Positions 12,301 to 23,867 of a stretch of 64,000 nucleotides of DNA are shown in pieces. This stretch comes from Gracilinanus agilis (taxonomy: Eukaryota), in the NCBI RefSeq assembly GCF_016433145.1, contig NC_058133.1, positions 251,359,442 to 251,423,441 on the forward strand. Direction: 5' to 3'. The stretch's first letter is position 1. Every line of letters starts with the position of its first letter. The translations under genes were made by a program, and so were the position numbers. The notes under the pieces were generated by a model. The model worked only from the letters and a program-made list of their open reading frames with translations, had not been told where the DNA came from and did not search any database.

Positions 12301-15048
12301 ACATGATAGTGGCAGGATTTGAAGCCAGGTCCTCTGCTTCCAAAGCCAGTGCCTTTTCCATGGTACCATGTTGTCTGAAGAATAGCTGATATTTATATAG
12401 CCCTTTATTGTGTATGATCAGATCTCATCTGCTCCTCATAAAAACCTCGTGAAGTAGGAAGTACAGGTATTATCATTCCCCATTTTATAGATGAGGAAAC
12501 ATAGACACAGAGAAATTAAGTGACTTATTCAGTCACGAATCTGGTAAATAGCAGATCAAATCAAACCCAGCTGATCTGATTCTAACTTAGTGTCCTTTCC
12601 ATTATACCCCCGTAACAGCAAGGTTGGGGAAAAGGTTCTCTAAAGGCAAAGAAAAGGTAGAGAGGTGACTAAAGTTGTCTTTGCATAAGCTAATCTTTGC
12701 CTCTTTCCTGTGTTTCTTTCTCCTTCTTGTACATGTCCCAGTGGGTACATTATGGCGAAACTATGTGTCAGTGTGTGGGCTCCGAACCCATGGAGAGCTG
12801 GGTGAAAAGCTGATGTCTGAGCTCATCTACATCCATAGCAAGTTGCTCATTGCCGATGACAGGACAGTCATCATAGGTCAGGAAGCAGCTGAGGGAGTAG
12901 AGAAATGAAGCTGGAGATGGAGGGAGGAAGCTTCAGGGGTCAAGATTGGGAAAGGGCATGGCTAGATGGGGAATGTCAAGGGGCTGGAGGATTGGAGCAT
13001 TCAGGAGGTCTGAGGTAGAGGTAGAGAGAAAGGAAGAAAGACTAATGTAGAGGATGGTAATGTTTTGAAATACTAATCTTCCATCTTAAAATCAATACTG
13101 TGTATTGGTTCCAAGGCAGAAGAGCAGTAAGGGCTAGCCAGTGGGGGGTTAAGTCACTCACTCAGGGTCACACAGCCAGGAAGTATCTGAGGTCATATTT
13201 GAACCCAGGAGCTCCTGTCTAGGCTCTCAATCCATGGTGAGGATGTGGGTTAGTAAAGGGCAGAAACAGGGAAAGTTGGATAGGAAAATTTAGGGACTGG
13301 AGAAGTTGGAGAAATAGAGAGGACTGGGAACAGCAGGAGTGGGGGAAAGGGAGTGCTTCTTCAAACTGCCTCCACTAACAGACAGCTCCACTCCAGGCTC
13401 AGCAAACATCAATGACCGCAGCCTCCTAGGGAAGCGGGACAGTGAGCTAGCAGTACTTATTGAAGACACTGAGATGGAGCCATCCCTTATGGATGGAGAA
13501 GAGTACCAGGCTGGGAGGTTTGCCCTCAGTCTCCGGAAACACTGCTTCAGGTAAGGGCTGCAGAGGACCTTGTCTCCTCAGGGTGGGAATATGGGGATAA
13601 ATCTGATACTTCTTCTCCCCTTAGCACCGTCCTGGGGGCAGAGTCTCAGCCTGAACTGGATCTCCGGGATCCTGTCTGTGACACCTTCTTCCAGCTGTGG
13701 CAGAAGACAGCTGAGAGAAATGCCAACATCTATGAGCAGGTTGGTATATCCTGGAAAGGGTTGGAAGAGTGTGTGTTAGGAGACAGAAGGGTAGTAGAAT
13801 AGAGGTTTCAGGTGGATGCAGGAAGTTTATAGATGGGGTATAAAAAAAGATGGAACCATTTGTTTGTTCAACCAACATTAAGGACCTGCTATGGGCAGAA
13901 CAATGAAGGAATTTTTTTTAAACCCATAACTTCTGTTCTAGAATCAATACCAACAATTGGTTCCAAGGCAAAAGAGCAGTGAGGGCTAGGCAATTAGGTT
14001 TAAGTGACTTTGCCAGAATCACAAGGGTCTGAAATTAAAACCCAGAACCTCCCCTCTTCAGGCTTGGCTCTCTATCCACTGAGCTACCTAGCTGCCCCAA
14101 ATGGGGGGAAATTTTTAGATAAGACAGGATCCCTGCTGTTGTAACACAGTAAATAACTATGATGGCTAATTAATCACTTCTTTTTTCTTAAACCCACCTT
14201 CCATCTTAGAATCAGTACTGTGTATTGGTCACACAGCTAGAAAGTCTGAGATTTGAACCTAGGACTTCCTGTCTCTAGGCCTGACTCTCAATCCATTGAG
14301 CCACCTAGCTGTCCACAATCACTTATTTTTAAAAAAGGATTACAAGGGGGCAACTGGGTGGCTCAAGGGATTGAGAGCCAGGCCTAGAGATAGGAGGTTA
14401 CTGGATTCAAATGTAGCCTGGGATGCTTCCTCAGTGTGTGACCCTGAGCAAGTCACTTAACACCCATTGCCTAGCCCTTACCACTCTTCTGCCTTAGAAC
14501 CTTTAAAAAAAAAAAAAGATTTTGAGAGGTGTACAACAGAGAAGAAAGATACAAGAAAGAAGACTATGCACACAAATAATTTTTCTCCAAAGGGAAAAGA
14601 AAAAAGACATAGTTTTGTGGAATAATTGGGAGAAATATTTATTGGAGTGGGGAGGGGATTAAGGATGCAAGGGCCCAAGGAATAAAGTAGGAAAATCTCT
14701 ATGCTGGAGTTAAGTAGGGGAGGGATTGATGACTGAAAACCCTGGGGTAAGAGGGCAGGTAGGATATCTGGGAGTTGGTTGACAAAAAGTAAATTATTCA
14801 ACAACCTCACTTTTATCCCTTAGATATTTCGTTGCCTGCCATCCAATGCAACTCGATCACTTCGAGTGCTTCGGGAATATGGGATCGTAGAGCCTCTGGC
14901 CACTGTTAGTCCTGAGATAGCCTGTTCAGAACTCACTCAAATCCAAGGGCACCTTGTTCATTTTCCACTCAAATTCCTAGAAGAAGAATCACTGTTACCT
15001 CCGCTGGGTAGCAAGGAGGGAGTCATACCCCTGGAAGTATGGACATAG
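3307..15048 (+). CDS. PLD2: Phospholipase D2, complete: 24 coding exons, 2805 nt, 934 aa from the first ATG (933 from the adjacent second ATG)
   Basis: Exons 3307-3415, 3582-3712, 3827-3969, 4342-4450, 4576-4641, 4828-4886, 5208-5300, 5502-5654, 6197-6346, 6817-6900, 7111-7189, 8068-8178, 8914-9084, 10052-10178, 10340-10458, 10554-10667, 10748-10852, 11023-11111, 11195-11308, 11700-11749, 12742-12876, 13397-13550, 13625-13739, 14824-15048. All introns are GT-AG with consistent phases. Contains PX and PH regions, HKD1 (HHEKLLVVD), HKD2 (HSKLLIADD...GSANIN) and C-terminal ...IPLEVWT, colinear with human PLD2. Confidence 0.98.
7614..7806. mobile_element. hAT (Charlie-type) MITE, 193 bp
   Basis: TIR cagtggttcccaaa / tttgggaatcactg (13/14); perfect 8-bp TSD gtatatat at 7606-7613 and 7807-7814. 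Confidence 0.9.
8496..8697 (+). mobile_element. SINE1-type CORE-SINE
   Basis: Full-length copy with A tail; TSD aacattgggg. Confidence 0.9.
9141..9485 (-). mobile_element. hAT MITE, 345 bp, OC1/OposCharlie1-like
   Basis: TIR cagtgatgggcaacct / aggtttgccatcatca; perfect 8-bp TSD tcctaggg at 9133-9140 and 9486-9493; second copy at 54113. Family assignment is from recall. Confidence 0.85.
11378..12170 (-). mobile_element. Two SINE1-type copies (about 11378-11575 and 11975-12170)
   Basis: Reverse-complement SINE tail aaacccttaccttccatcttagaatcaata and CORE in both. Confidence 0.8.
13065..13232 (-). mobile_element. SINE1-type copy
   Basis: Reverse-complement tail and CORE. Confidence 0.75.
13915..14520. 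mobile_element. Three SINE1-type copies in the last PLD2 intron (13915-14098 minus, 14188-14317 minus, 14346-14520 plus)
   Basis: Recognisable CORE/tail motifs in each. Confidence 0.8.
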
Positions 15049-15254
15049 CCCAGAAACGCACCCCCCCTTTTTTTGAGAGTTGGGGCTAGTGAGAGAACTA
15101 TGGAAAACCAAATTCTGTACCTGGCATCTTTTCTCTCTCTTCACACTCAAAATGAGGACAAACAAATCTCTCACAAATACAGAGGATGCACAGAAAGGCT
15201 TCACTCTGCAGGAGAGGGGGAAGGTATGTCTTAAAGGAGAAACAATATGATAGA

Positions 15255-15415
15255 ACACAGAATTGAAAGGCAGGAGACCTGGGTTCCAGTCCTAGCTTTG
15301 AAACCAACTAACTAGCTGTGACCTTGGACAAGTCATTTGCTCCAAGGCCTTAGTTACTTCATTTCTCAGTGGAATGAAGGGGTTCAATCAGGTGACCTAA
15401 ATCTGACATTCTAGG
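15255..15415 (+). mobile_element. MIR relic within the PLD2 3' UTR
   Basis: MIR core (ggagacctgggttccagtcctagct...gctgtgaccttggacaagtcattt). Confidence 0.55.
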
Positions 15416-15735
15416 AACCTCAACTCATTCCTGGAGCAACTGAGGAGTGGGTTGAGGGGTGGAGTGGAAATGATGCAGAGAGATACCTCTCTCCTACCTA
15501 TCATCTACTTCTCTCAATTTCCTGAATTAAGTTCAAATTCCAGAAAAGAAAGATCCAGTCTTCCAATCTTCTCTTCTTCCTCCAGCCCTGATCAGCTGCT
15601 GCCAGCTTCAGAATTCTGAGTCCCTATCAATACCCCAGTTCATCCCACCACTAAAGGCGCACAATCACTTACCCTAGCCTGCTTACAGACACTGAGTACT
15701 TAGATACTTTATGTCAAGTACATATTCATTTTATA

Positions 15736-15741
15736 AATAAA
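15736..15741 (+). terminator. AATAAA polyadenylation signal of PLD2
   Basis: First canonical AATAAA about 690 nt after the stop, followed by a U/GU-rich tract. Confidence 0.7.
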
Positions 15742-16503
15742 GGGTTTTTTTAAAGTTTTAAAAAAGTCTCATTTTGTGGGACAGAGACAGCAAGGGTTGG
15801 ACCTTTCCACTTCTTCTTTAATTCCTCCCAACTCCTGAACTTTCTCTCTCCCCTGATTCCATCTCTGCCATTTTCTCTTGCTTTGTGAATCTGTAGCTTC
15901 AGGATCAGTCATCTGGTTCCAGGAGGAGAGGAAAGAGCTGATTCAGTGACCCCAGTGGAAAAGAAAGTGAGGGGCTAGGACAAACCAACATACTTACAGA
16001 ACAAAACTTGTGAACAGACAAAATTTCCCCTGTTCTCTCCCCCACCATACCCACACAGTCAAATCAAAGACTTGGGAAAGTCTTTGCAAGAGCCCCCTGC
16101 TCTCCAGACTACTCCAATGTACAAAAGAACCACTTCAGATGGGATGGGACCTAAACTCCTGTGTTGAGAGAACACCTCTTGGATAGGAAATCTTTTAATG
16201 GCCTAGCTGTCTCACTGCAGCAATGATATCCCTATCCTCTCATAAATTCTCTTCCATTGCTCTTCTTCAGGTATGATAACAGTCCCTCTTTAATCATTCT
16301 CCTCAGACCACATCCACCAAAAGTCCTAGAAGCTAGGAACTTCAGTTAGATAACTGAGGAGGGGGATGAGTAAAGGAAGGGGCCTAAGAGGGTGAAAATT
16401 AAATGAAGAATGTGGGTATCACAGCCTATGAGGAAGGTCTCCGCTACTTAAAGCTTCATCCTCCCTCCAATTCTCATCATCTCCAGAGCTCCAGGGAAAT
16501 ACC

Positions 16504-16698
16504 TTTTTTTTTTTTTTTTTTTAAACCCTTAACTTCTGTGCATTGGCTCCTTGGTGGAAGAGTGGTAAGGGTGGGCAATGGGAGTCAAGTGACTTGCCCA
16601 GGGTCACATAGCTGGGAAGTGTCTGAAGCCAAATCTGAACCTAGGACCTCCAGTCTCTAGGCCTGACTCTCAATCCACTGAGCTACCCAGCTGCCCCT
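16504..16698 (-). mobile_element. SINE1-type copy, young tail variant
   Basis: Full length; flanked by cagggaaata(c/t)cttt TSD. Confidence 0.9.
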
Positions 16699-17149
16699 CA
16701 GGGAAATATCTTTACCAGAGGGATTCCCACCCACACTATACATACTGAGGTCCTTGGGTGCTAATTGGCAGTCTGTTAATTAGCCTCATTAGCACAGTTA
16801 AGTGCCTCTCCTCAGGGGGAGTCATTACCTTGTTAACTGTCTGGAGTGGAGAGGGCTGAAACAGGGCAACCAGATAGGAGCTGGATGGATAGTGTATTTC
16901 TGCCCTTCTCTTTCTTGTTTTCTCTCTACTTTGGTCGAGGGGTAGGTAGTAATATCTTCCTTTGTCCTGCCTATTTCCTTGACTGAAGAGTTTGGGCTTT
17001 TAGGGGTACCGACAACCCTCAGGGAGCCTAAAGATACAAATTCTTGTCCAAACTGTCAATTATCACTCGATTTCTACCTGGCAATATAGAAACTCTATAG
17101 TCTATTCAAACACTGGCATTCTATATTCTAGTTAAAATCAGTCTGGGGG

Positions 17150-17580
17150 CAGGGGCAGCTAAGTAGCACAATGTATAGAGCCCCAAGCCTAGACTGGGGA
17201 GGAGCTCAGTTCAAATGTAGCCTCAGACACTTCCTGTGTCATTTAATGCATATTGCCTAGCCCTTACCAATCTTCTGTTTTAGAATGAATGCTAAAGCAG
17301 AAAGTAAGGATTTTCAAAAAATAATAAAATAAGTCCTTGGAGTCCAGCACAGCAGCTACTTTTCTTATCCCTATTTTATTTTATTATTTTATTTTTTTAC
17401 ATTTTTAAACCCTTAACTTCTGTGTATTGGCTCCTAGGTGGAAGAGTGGTAAGGGTGGGCAATGGGGGTCAAGTGGCTTGTCCAGGGTCACATACCTGGG
17501 AAGTGTCTGAGGCTGGATTTGAACCTAAGACCTCCAGTCTCTAGGCCTGACTCAATCCACTGAGCTACCCAGATGCCCCC
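17150..17580. mobile_element. Inverted SINE pair (17150-17320 plus, older; 17385-17580 minus)
   Basis: CORE motifs in both orientations. Confidence 0.75.
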
Positions 17581-18114
17581 TTTACCCCTATTTTAAGGGG
17601 AAATTCCTATAAAAAAAAAAAAAAAGCTGTATACAAGGTCTTATTTTCAATGTCTTTAGTAACTATCCTTATTGTAAAGTAACTCTAACAATAAGTTCAT
17701 GGGAAAGGAAGGAAATAAGCATTTATTAAGTAGCTAAGTACTATGTGCTAAGTCATTTACAAATATCTCATTTGGTTCTCAAAACAACTCTATGAAGTAG
17801 GTGCTATTATACCCATTTTACAGTTGAGGAAACTAACACCAATTTTTCCTACTTATTCTGTATGTAGCTAGTTTGTAGAGGTGTGGTTCTCCCCCTCCCC
17901 TAACATATGGGGGGGACATCATAGAATGGAGTCAGAATAAATAACCCTAGCTTCTTCTCCCTCAGAGGTACCCCCAACTGATCTCCAAGGGAAACTGAAA
18001 CTCCTACCAGGATGAGGGACAGGAAAAAATGGGATAGGAGGCCATTCTGCTCTCCTCAGAGAAGGGGTACTGGACTAGGGGATATGTATGTGTGTGTATT
18101 TTATATACATATAT

Positions 18115-18608
18115 TGTTGTACCCAAATTTTAATACCTAACCCAGGTTCATGGCCAAAGGAAGAATCACACTGACAATGCAATATGCAAGAAGAGGCTCA
18201 TTCTTTACTAGCAATAACAGCTAGGGTCGCTAGGCAGAGAGGCATGCCTGAACGACCCCTTGGAATTCTCAGCCAAGAGTTTATATAGAAATGTTTGGGG
18301 AAGGGGGTTGGTACATACATAATTATCAAGGTAGTGTCAGGGACAGGTGGTCAGGAAGCATCTGGGGAGGGGGGTTTCAGGGTCAGGGTCAGGAAGCATT
18401 TGGCAAACATACATTAAATAGGCAAATATTGTAAAGCAGGCAAACATAGACAAACATTCCTCAAGACATCAGATAAGATAGCTTCAGTTTTAGGTTTATG
18501 ATAGGGGGAGATAAGGAAGACTGTGCTGGGAAACCTTGGGGGCTGGGGGTAGCTTGTCCAGGCCAGAAATAGTTCAGTAGACTGCCAGACTGATTTTTAA
18601 ATCCAACA
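18115..18608 (-). mobile_element. Probable solo LTR, about 494 bp
   Basis: Ends tgttg...caaca, flanked by atatat on both sides (low complexity); TATA-like CTATATAAA on minus at 18280-18288. Confidence 0.6.
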
Positions 18609-18644
18609 ATATATATATATACATACATAACATATGTATATATG

Positions 18645-18755
18645 CAGTGATGGGCAAACTTTTTAAAGAGGTAGCCAAAGGAAAGGAAATGCTCATCTGT
18701 CAGTCTGTTTCTAAGGCAACTCTTTGGCCTGAGGGATGTAGTTTGCCCATCACTG
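18645..18755. mobile_element. Short hAT MITE, 111 bp
   Basis: Perfect 16-bp TIR cagtgatgggcaaact / agtttgcccatcactg; no clean TSD. Confidence 0.8.
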
Positions 18756-19760
18756 GGCTAGGGGATATGATCAGGTTCTATCTAACTTCTGAAAACTGTC
18801 ATTATAGGGGGAAGCAGGACTCCAAGTTCTCTATTCAAGGCTTGACCCTTTGCCCATCAAATATCAGTTCCACAATGAACACACATAATGAATATAGCAA
18901 AGAAGTCTATTTATCCAAACTGATAGCAAAATTGAAGTTAAAGAAGGTATACATAGGAAGATATATCCTAGAAAATACAGTGAAGGAGCTTAATCCCCAA
19001 TAGGATTGAGATAACTCTGCTCAATCAAGATAGAGAGTTCCTCCAAAGGGAAATTCCCAAAAGTCTCTAGTGTAGCAAGCTTGGGTTAGGAATGTAATAG
19101 AGATTGCTAATTCCTTTGAGGCTTCTTCCCAGTCTTTTCTTTCAGCAGTCTGAAGTGGGGTTGGCCTTTTCCATCTTCCCTCTGGAAGCGAGAAACCAGA
19201 GGTGACCAAAGTGCTTGGAAGCTAGAAGATCTGAAGAAAATTGAAGCTCTCTTCCTCTTGCTTTTGGGCCAACTTCCCCACCCTTTCTTTAGGGCAGGAC
19301 ATTCAAAACTACCAATGAGGAGGGAGACACAAATTGTAAATGAAACATAGGACAAAGACCATCTCTTTATTTCCTCCTTCCTCTAGTCTACCTTCCTTTT
19401 TCTTTTCCCAGATACTAAGCCTAGATAAGAGGCAAACAATTGGGGTGATTTAAGTTATTTTTCTTAACATTGTGTATGTTGTACACAGAAATGTCAGTTG
19501 GTATACATTTTGTACACACGTACACTGATGTACACATTTTGTCTTCTAGTTAGTTTTGTCACTTTTAAGATGAAAAGATGAGATTGGATGGTATTTGGTC
19601 ATTTCTCATCTCTGGCATCCCAGACAAGAGTGGATCTGTAGTATAAAGAATGCTAAATTTGGAGTCAAGAGGAGACTCTCCTGCCAAATATTAACCAGAT
19701 GAATTAAAAAAAAAAAACAAAAAAAACTTCACTGGTCCTATTTCATCATCTTTAAAATGG

Positions 19761-19980
19761 GGAGCTACATGGCAAAGTGGATAGAACTCCAGGTCTGCAG
19801 TCAGGAAGGCCGGAGTTCAAATACAGCCTTATCCACTTACTAGCTATATGACCCTGAGCAAGTCACTTAACCCTGTTTGCCAAAGTTTCCTCATCTGCAA
19901 AAATGAGTTGGTCCTGTATCTTTGCAAAGAAAACCCCAAATGGAGTTGAAAAGAGTTAGATACAACTGAACAACAACAAA
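19761..19980 (+). mobile_element. MAR1-type CORE-SINE (RTE-related tail)
   Basis: CORE domain plus tail ...gcaaagaaaaccccaaatgg...caactgaacaacaac. Confidence 0.65.
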
Positions 19981-20179
19981 ATGGGAAGAACCTCACAAAG
20001 ATCTTAGATGACTCAGACTGGGTCATAATACTTGAAACTACTTTATTACTATGAAATTTAATAAGAAGTTACTTACAACCTAGAAAAAATAAAAACAAAG
20101 TAAAATGGAGAGAAAAGTTAGACAAGATTATCTTCCATTTCTGAAATTTCTGTCGTCCCCAGCACTTAAGAAGTCAGTT

Positions 20180-23100
20180 CATCTGCCAACCAATCAAAAA
20201 GCATTTATTAAGCACCTGGTACATGCCAGGCATTATACAAAACACTGAGGATACAAAGAAAAAGGAATAGTCTCAGCCTTCACAGAACTTACATCTAACT
20301 GTGAAGATTTTGTGTACATAAATAGGCACATACAAGATACATATAGAGTAAAATGGAAAGTAACCTTAGAGGCAAGTCTATTACAGATGGGGGTCCTGCA
20401 GAAGAAAAGTGCCTGAATTCAGTCTGGTTTTTTTAAACCCTGACCTTCTGTTTTAATATTAATTCTAAGACAGAAGAGTGGCAAAGCCTAGGCAATAGTG
20501 GTTAAGTGATTTGCCCAGGGTCATATAGCTGGAAGTGTCTGAATCCAGTTTTGAACCTAGATCCTCCTGACCCCTGGCCTGGTGCTCTGATCCACTGTGC
20601 TACCTAGCTGCCCCTTGAACTGAGTCTTGAAGGAAGCTAGAGACTTCAAAATTTATTAAGGAGGGGTAATGGCATAATTAATGCACAAAATCACCTTGGT
20701 AGTTTTATAGAGAATGGATTCAGGAAAGGAGAAACTTGAGACAAGAAGACCAATTAAGAAACTATTATGGAGGCAGCTGGGTAGCTTAGTGGATTGAGAG
20801 CTGGGCCTAGAGAAGGGAGGTCCTAAGTTCAAATCTGGCCTCAGACACTTCCCAGCTGTGTGACCCTGGGCAAGTCACTTGACCTCCATTGCCTACCCTT
20901 ACCACTCTTCTGCCTAGGAGCCAATACACAATATTGACTCCAAAACAGAAGGTAAGAGTTAAAAAAAAAAAAAAAAGAAACTATTATAATAGTTCAGTCA
21001 AGAGGTGATAAGCATCTTTATTAGGACTCTGGCTGTGAGTCAAGAGAAGGGGACAGATTTGAGTGATGGTTTAGAATGAGAAATAGAAAGATTTGGCAAC
21101 TGATTAGATATGTGGTATGTGGGAAAGGGAGGAGTTGAGAATGACTCTGAGGTTGCAGAAATAGGGAAGTTTGGTAGAAGGGTAGACTTGGGGGAAATAT
21201 AAAAATAGTTCTGTTTTGGTGATCTGGAGTTTAAGATTACAGGCCATATAGTTTTGTTTTGTTTTTAAACCCTTACCTTCTGTCTTAGAGTCAATACTGT
21301 ATATTACAGTATTGGCTCCAAGGCAGAAGAGTGGTAAGGGCTAGCCAGGCAATGGGGGGTTAAGTGACTTGCCTAGGGTCACACAGCTGGGAAATGTCTG
21401 AGGCCAGATTTGAACCTAGGACCTCCTTTCTCTAGGCCTGACTCTCAATCCACTGAGCTACCCAGCTGCCCCCCAGGCCATATAGTTTTAATTGTTCAAT
21501 AGGCATTTGGTAATGTGGGACTGGAGCTTAGGAAAGTATGAATGAATGTAAAAGATCTGGGAATCATCACCATAGAGATTGGACAAACCCATGGGACATG
21601 AGTTCAATTTGGAATCTGTGACATAAAGATTCAACAAAGGAGACAGACAAGATTTGGCCAGATGGGTAGGAGGAGAATCAAGAGAACAATGTCATGAAAA
21701 CCTAGAAAGGAGAGAATATCCAGGAAAAGAGGGTGGTCAATATTTAATTTGACTATTAAGAGATCATTAGAGGCATCTGACCTCTGACACTTCCAACTGT
21801 GTGATTCTAGGCAAGTCATTTAACTCCAATTGCCTAGTCCCTTTCACTCTTCTGTTTTAGAATTGATACTAAGACAGAAGGTAAGGGTTTAAAAGAAAAA
21901 GAGAAAAAATCATTAGTAACTTTGTTTTTTTGGGTGGGGGGGACAAGATTATATCAGGTTCATTGGTTAGGCCAGCAGCATCATAACCAATAAAATTATA
22001 TAGGTCTCCATGATTATCTCAGGACTAGGGAAGACCTGAGCTGGGTCAGGCAACTTAATAGATTTTTAGGAGTTCACTATTCAGCCCCTCCCCTGATCAT
22101 CCTGAGACATATTTATTTTTTATTTTTAACATTGGTAACTTTGGAGAGAGCAGTTTCAGTTGAATGATGAGGTTGGAAATCAGATTGCAGGAAGTTTAGA
22201 TAGAGTAAAAGAGGTAGAGACGAGAGAGGCTTTTTCATGGAGTTATATATATATGTGTATATATACACATATATATATACACACACACACACATATAGGA
22301 TGATAGCTATCAGGAATGATAGGATCTAGTAGGGGGAACATTATTTTTGTTTTTAAGGATAGAAGAGACATTGGCATCATTTATAGGCAGCAGGGAAGGA
22401 GCCACTCTATAGAGAGAGAATGAAGATTTGAGAGAGAGAATAATAGTGGAGGCAATCTACTGGAAAGGATAGGAAGAGATGGGGTCAAGGGTGAATGTAA
22501 AGTAGTAGGCCTTGGCAAAAAGTCTTCATTAGATATTGAAATGAAGGAAGATGTAGTATGGGATGAAGTCAGAAGCATGTGAGTTAAGAAGAGGAAACTG
22601 TCAGAAAATGGTCTCAAATTTTGGCAAGTATGAGGCAAAGTCCTTAGCTAAGAGAGGAGAGGGATGCTATGACCAATATGAGAGAACAAAAAAATTATGG
22701 AACAGTCACTGTGGTGAGTGGGCTGGAGAATCCAATGAGGCCAGATTAGAAAGATTGCTTTGCCAAAAAGAGGATTCACTTGGGTTTAGATACAAATCTG
22801 ATAATGGGCCCAGTCAATATAATTTCATAACTTCCCCCCATTCAGCAGTAGATCAAAGCAGTAAGATGATGGGAGTAATTTAGGGTTAGGGTTTGGCAAG
22901 GTATGATCCAAAATAAGGGATTCAAGAATGTAAGAAACCTAGGATTGAGCTAGTTCACCAAAGGGTCGAAATAGGGATGGGAATAGAGTTTAATATAAAG
23001 GTGACAGTCTTGGAAAATGATGAATGGCAGAATGGAAGTCAGAGTAAGAGTGAAGGGGTCTAGGGATAGTAAGGCATAGGGAGGTCTGGGAGGATGAAAT

Positions 23101-23690
23101 ATTATGAATATTTATTATATATTATGAAATATTATGAATAAAGGAATTTCTGAGTTCCTGAACATGGAAGTGGGACACTTGTAGATGATAGGAAGAACAA
23201 GATTATGACCATAGCTGTGCATAGCTGAGTGAAAGAATATTGTCATGGAAGTTGAGGACATTAAAAGACTGATAAATTATAGGAACATCAATATGTACAT
23301 TCCAGTCTTCTAATATGAGGGCAGAAGTTGTGGAAAAGAAAGACTATGAACTAGACATTAAACTGAGAACGGAGGGAGACTATCTGGGGGAATGAGACTC
23401 AAAAAGGATCTGGATTGGGTGATAAATTTGGACAAAGTAAACTTTAAAATGGGAAAGGTTTTTGAGTGATGGCAGTAGAGAGAGAAATCTTAAAGTGCTA
23501 ATGGGGAGCAAGAAATATACTGACTAAACAAAGGTCAAGTGGAGTGGGGAAGAATGAGAGAAAGTGAAGTCAATACTGAAAAGGGGATCCAGGGATGCAA
23601 TATCATTTGGAAGGAGTCATGTCTTAAGTGAATGCTAGAAGATGGAAAAAAAACAAGAGATAAAAAAGGCTTAAAACAAAAGGAAGTGGG
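20180..23690 (-). mobile_element. Long degraded L2 relic interrupted by several SINEs
   Basis: Starts with the L2 3' end signature (caaaaagcatttattaagcacc) and continues as purine-rich L2-like sequence. Confidence 0.55.
20425..21475. mobile_element. Three SINE1-type copies (20425-20615 minus, 20769-20974 plus with TSD aagaaactattat, 21255-21475 minus)
   Basis: CORE/tail motifs and TSD. Confidence 0.8.
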
Positions 23691-23867
23691 GGCAGCTGGG
23701 TTACTCAGTGGGTTCAAATCTGGCCTCAGATACTTCCCAGTTGTGTGACCCTGGGCAAGTCACTTAACCCCCATTACCTAGCCCTTACCACTCTTCTGCT
23801 TTGGAGCAGTGTATTGACACAGTATTGACTCCAAGACTGAAGGTAAGGGTTTAAAAAAAAAAAAAAA
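23689..23867 (+). mobile_element. SINE1-type copy
   Basis: Head ggggcagctggg, CORE, tail and A run. Confidence 0.85.

Noticed and set aside
8857-13554. ORF-track entries such as 8857-9138, 9845-10288, 12675-12908 and 13339-13554 as stand-alone genes
   Set aside because: Each is a PLD2 exon plus in-frame intron flanks, starting at TTG/GTG.
18770-19400. Possible additional LTR fragments and ORF 18647-19003
   Set aside because: No clear termini or TSD. The ORF starts inside a MITE and has no recognisable domain.
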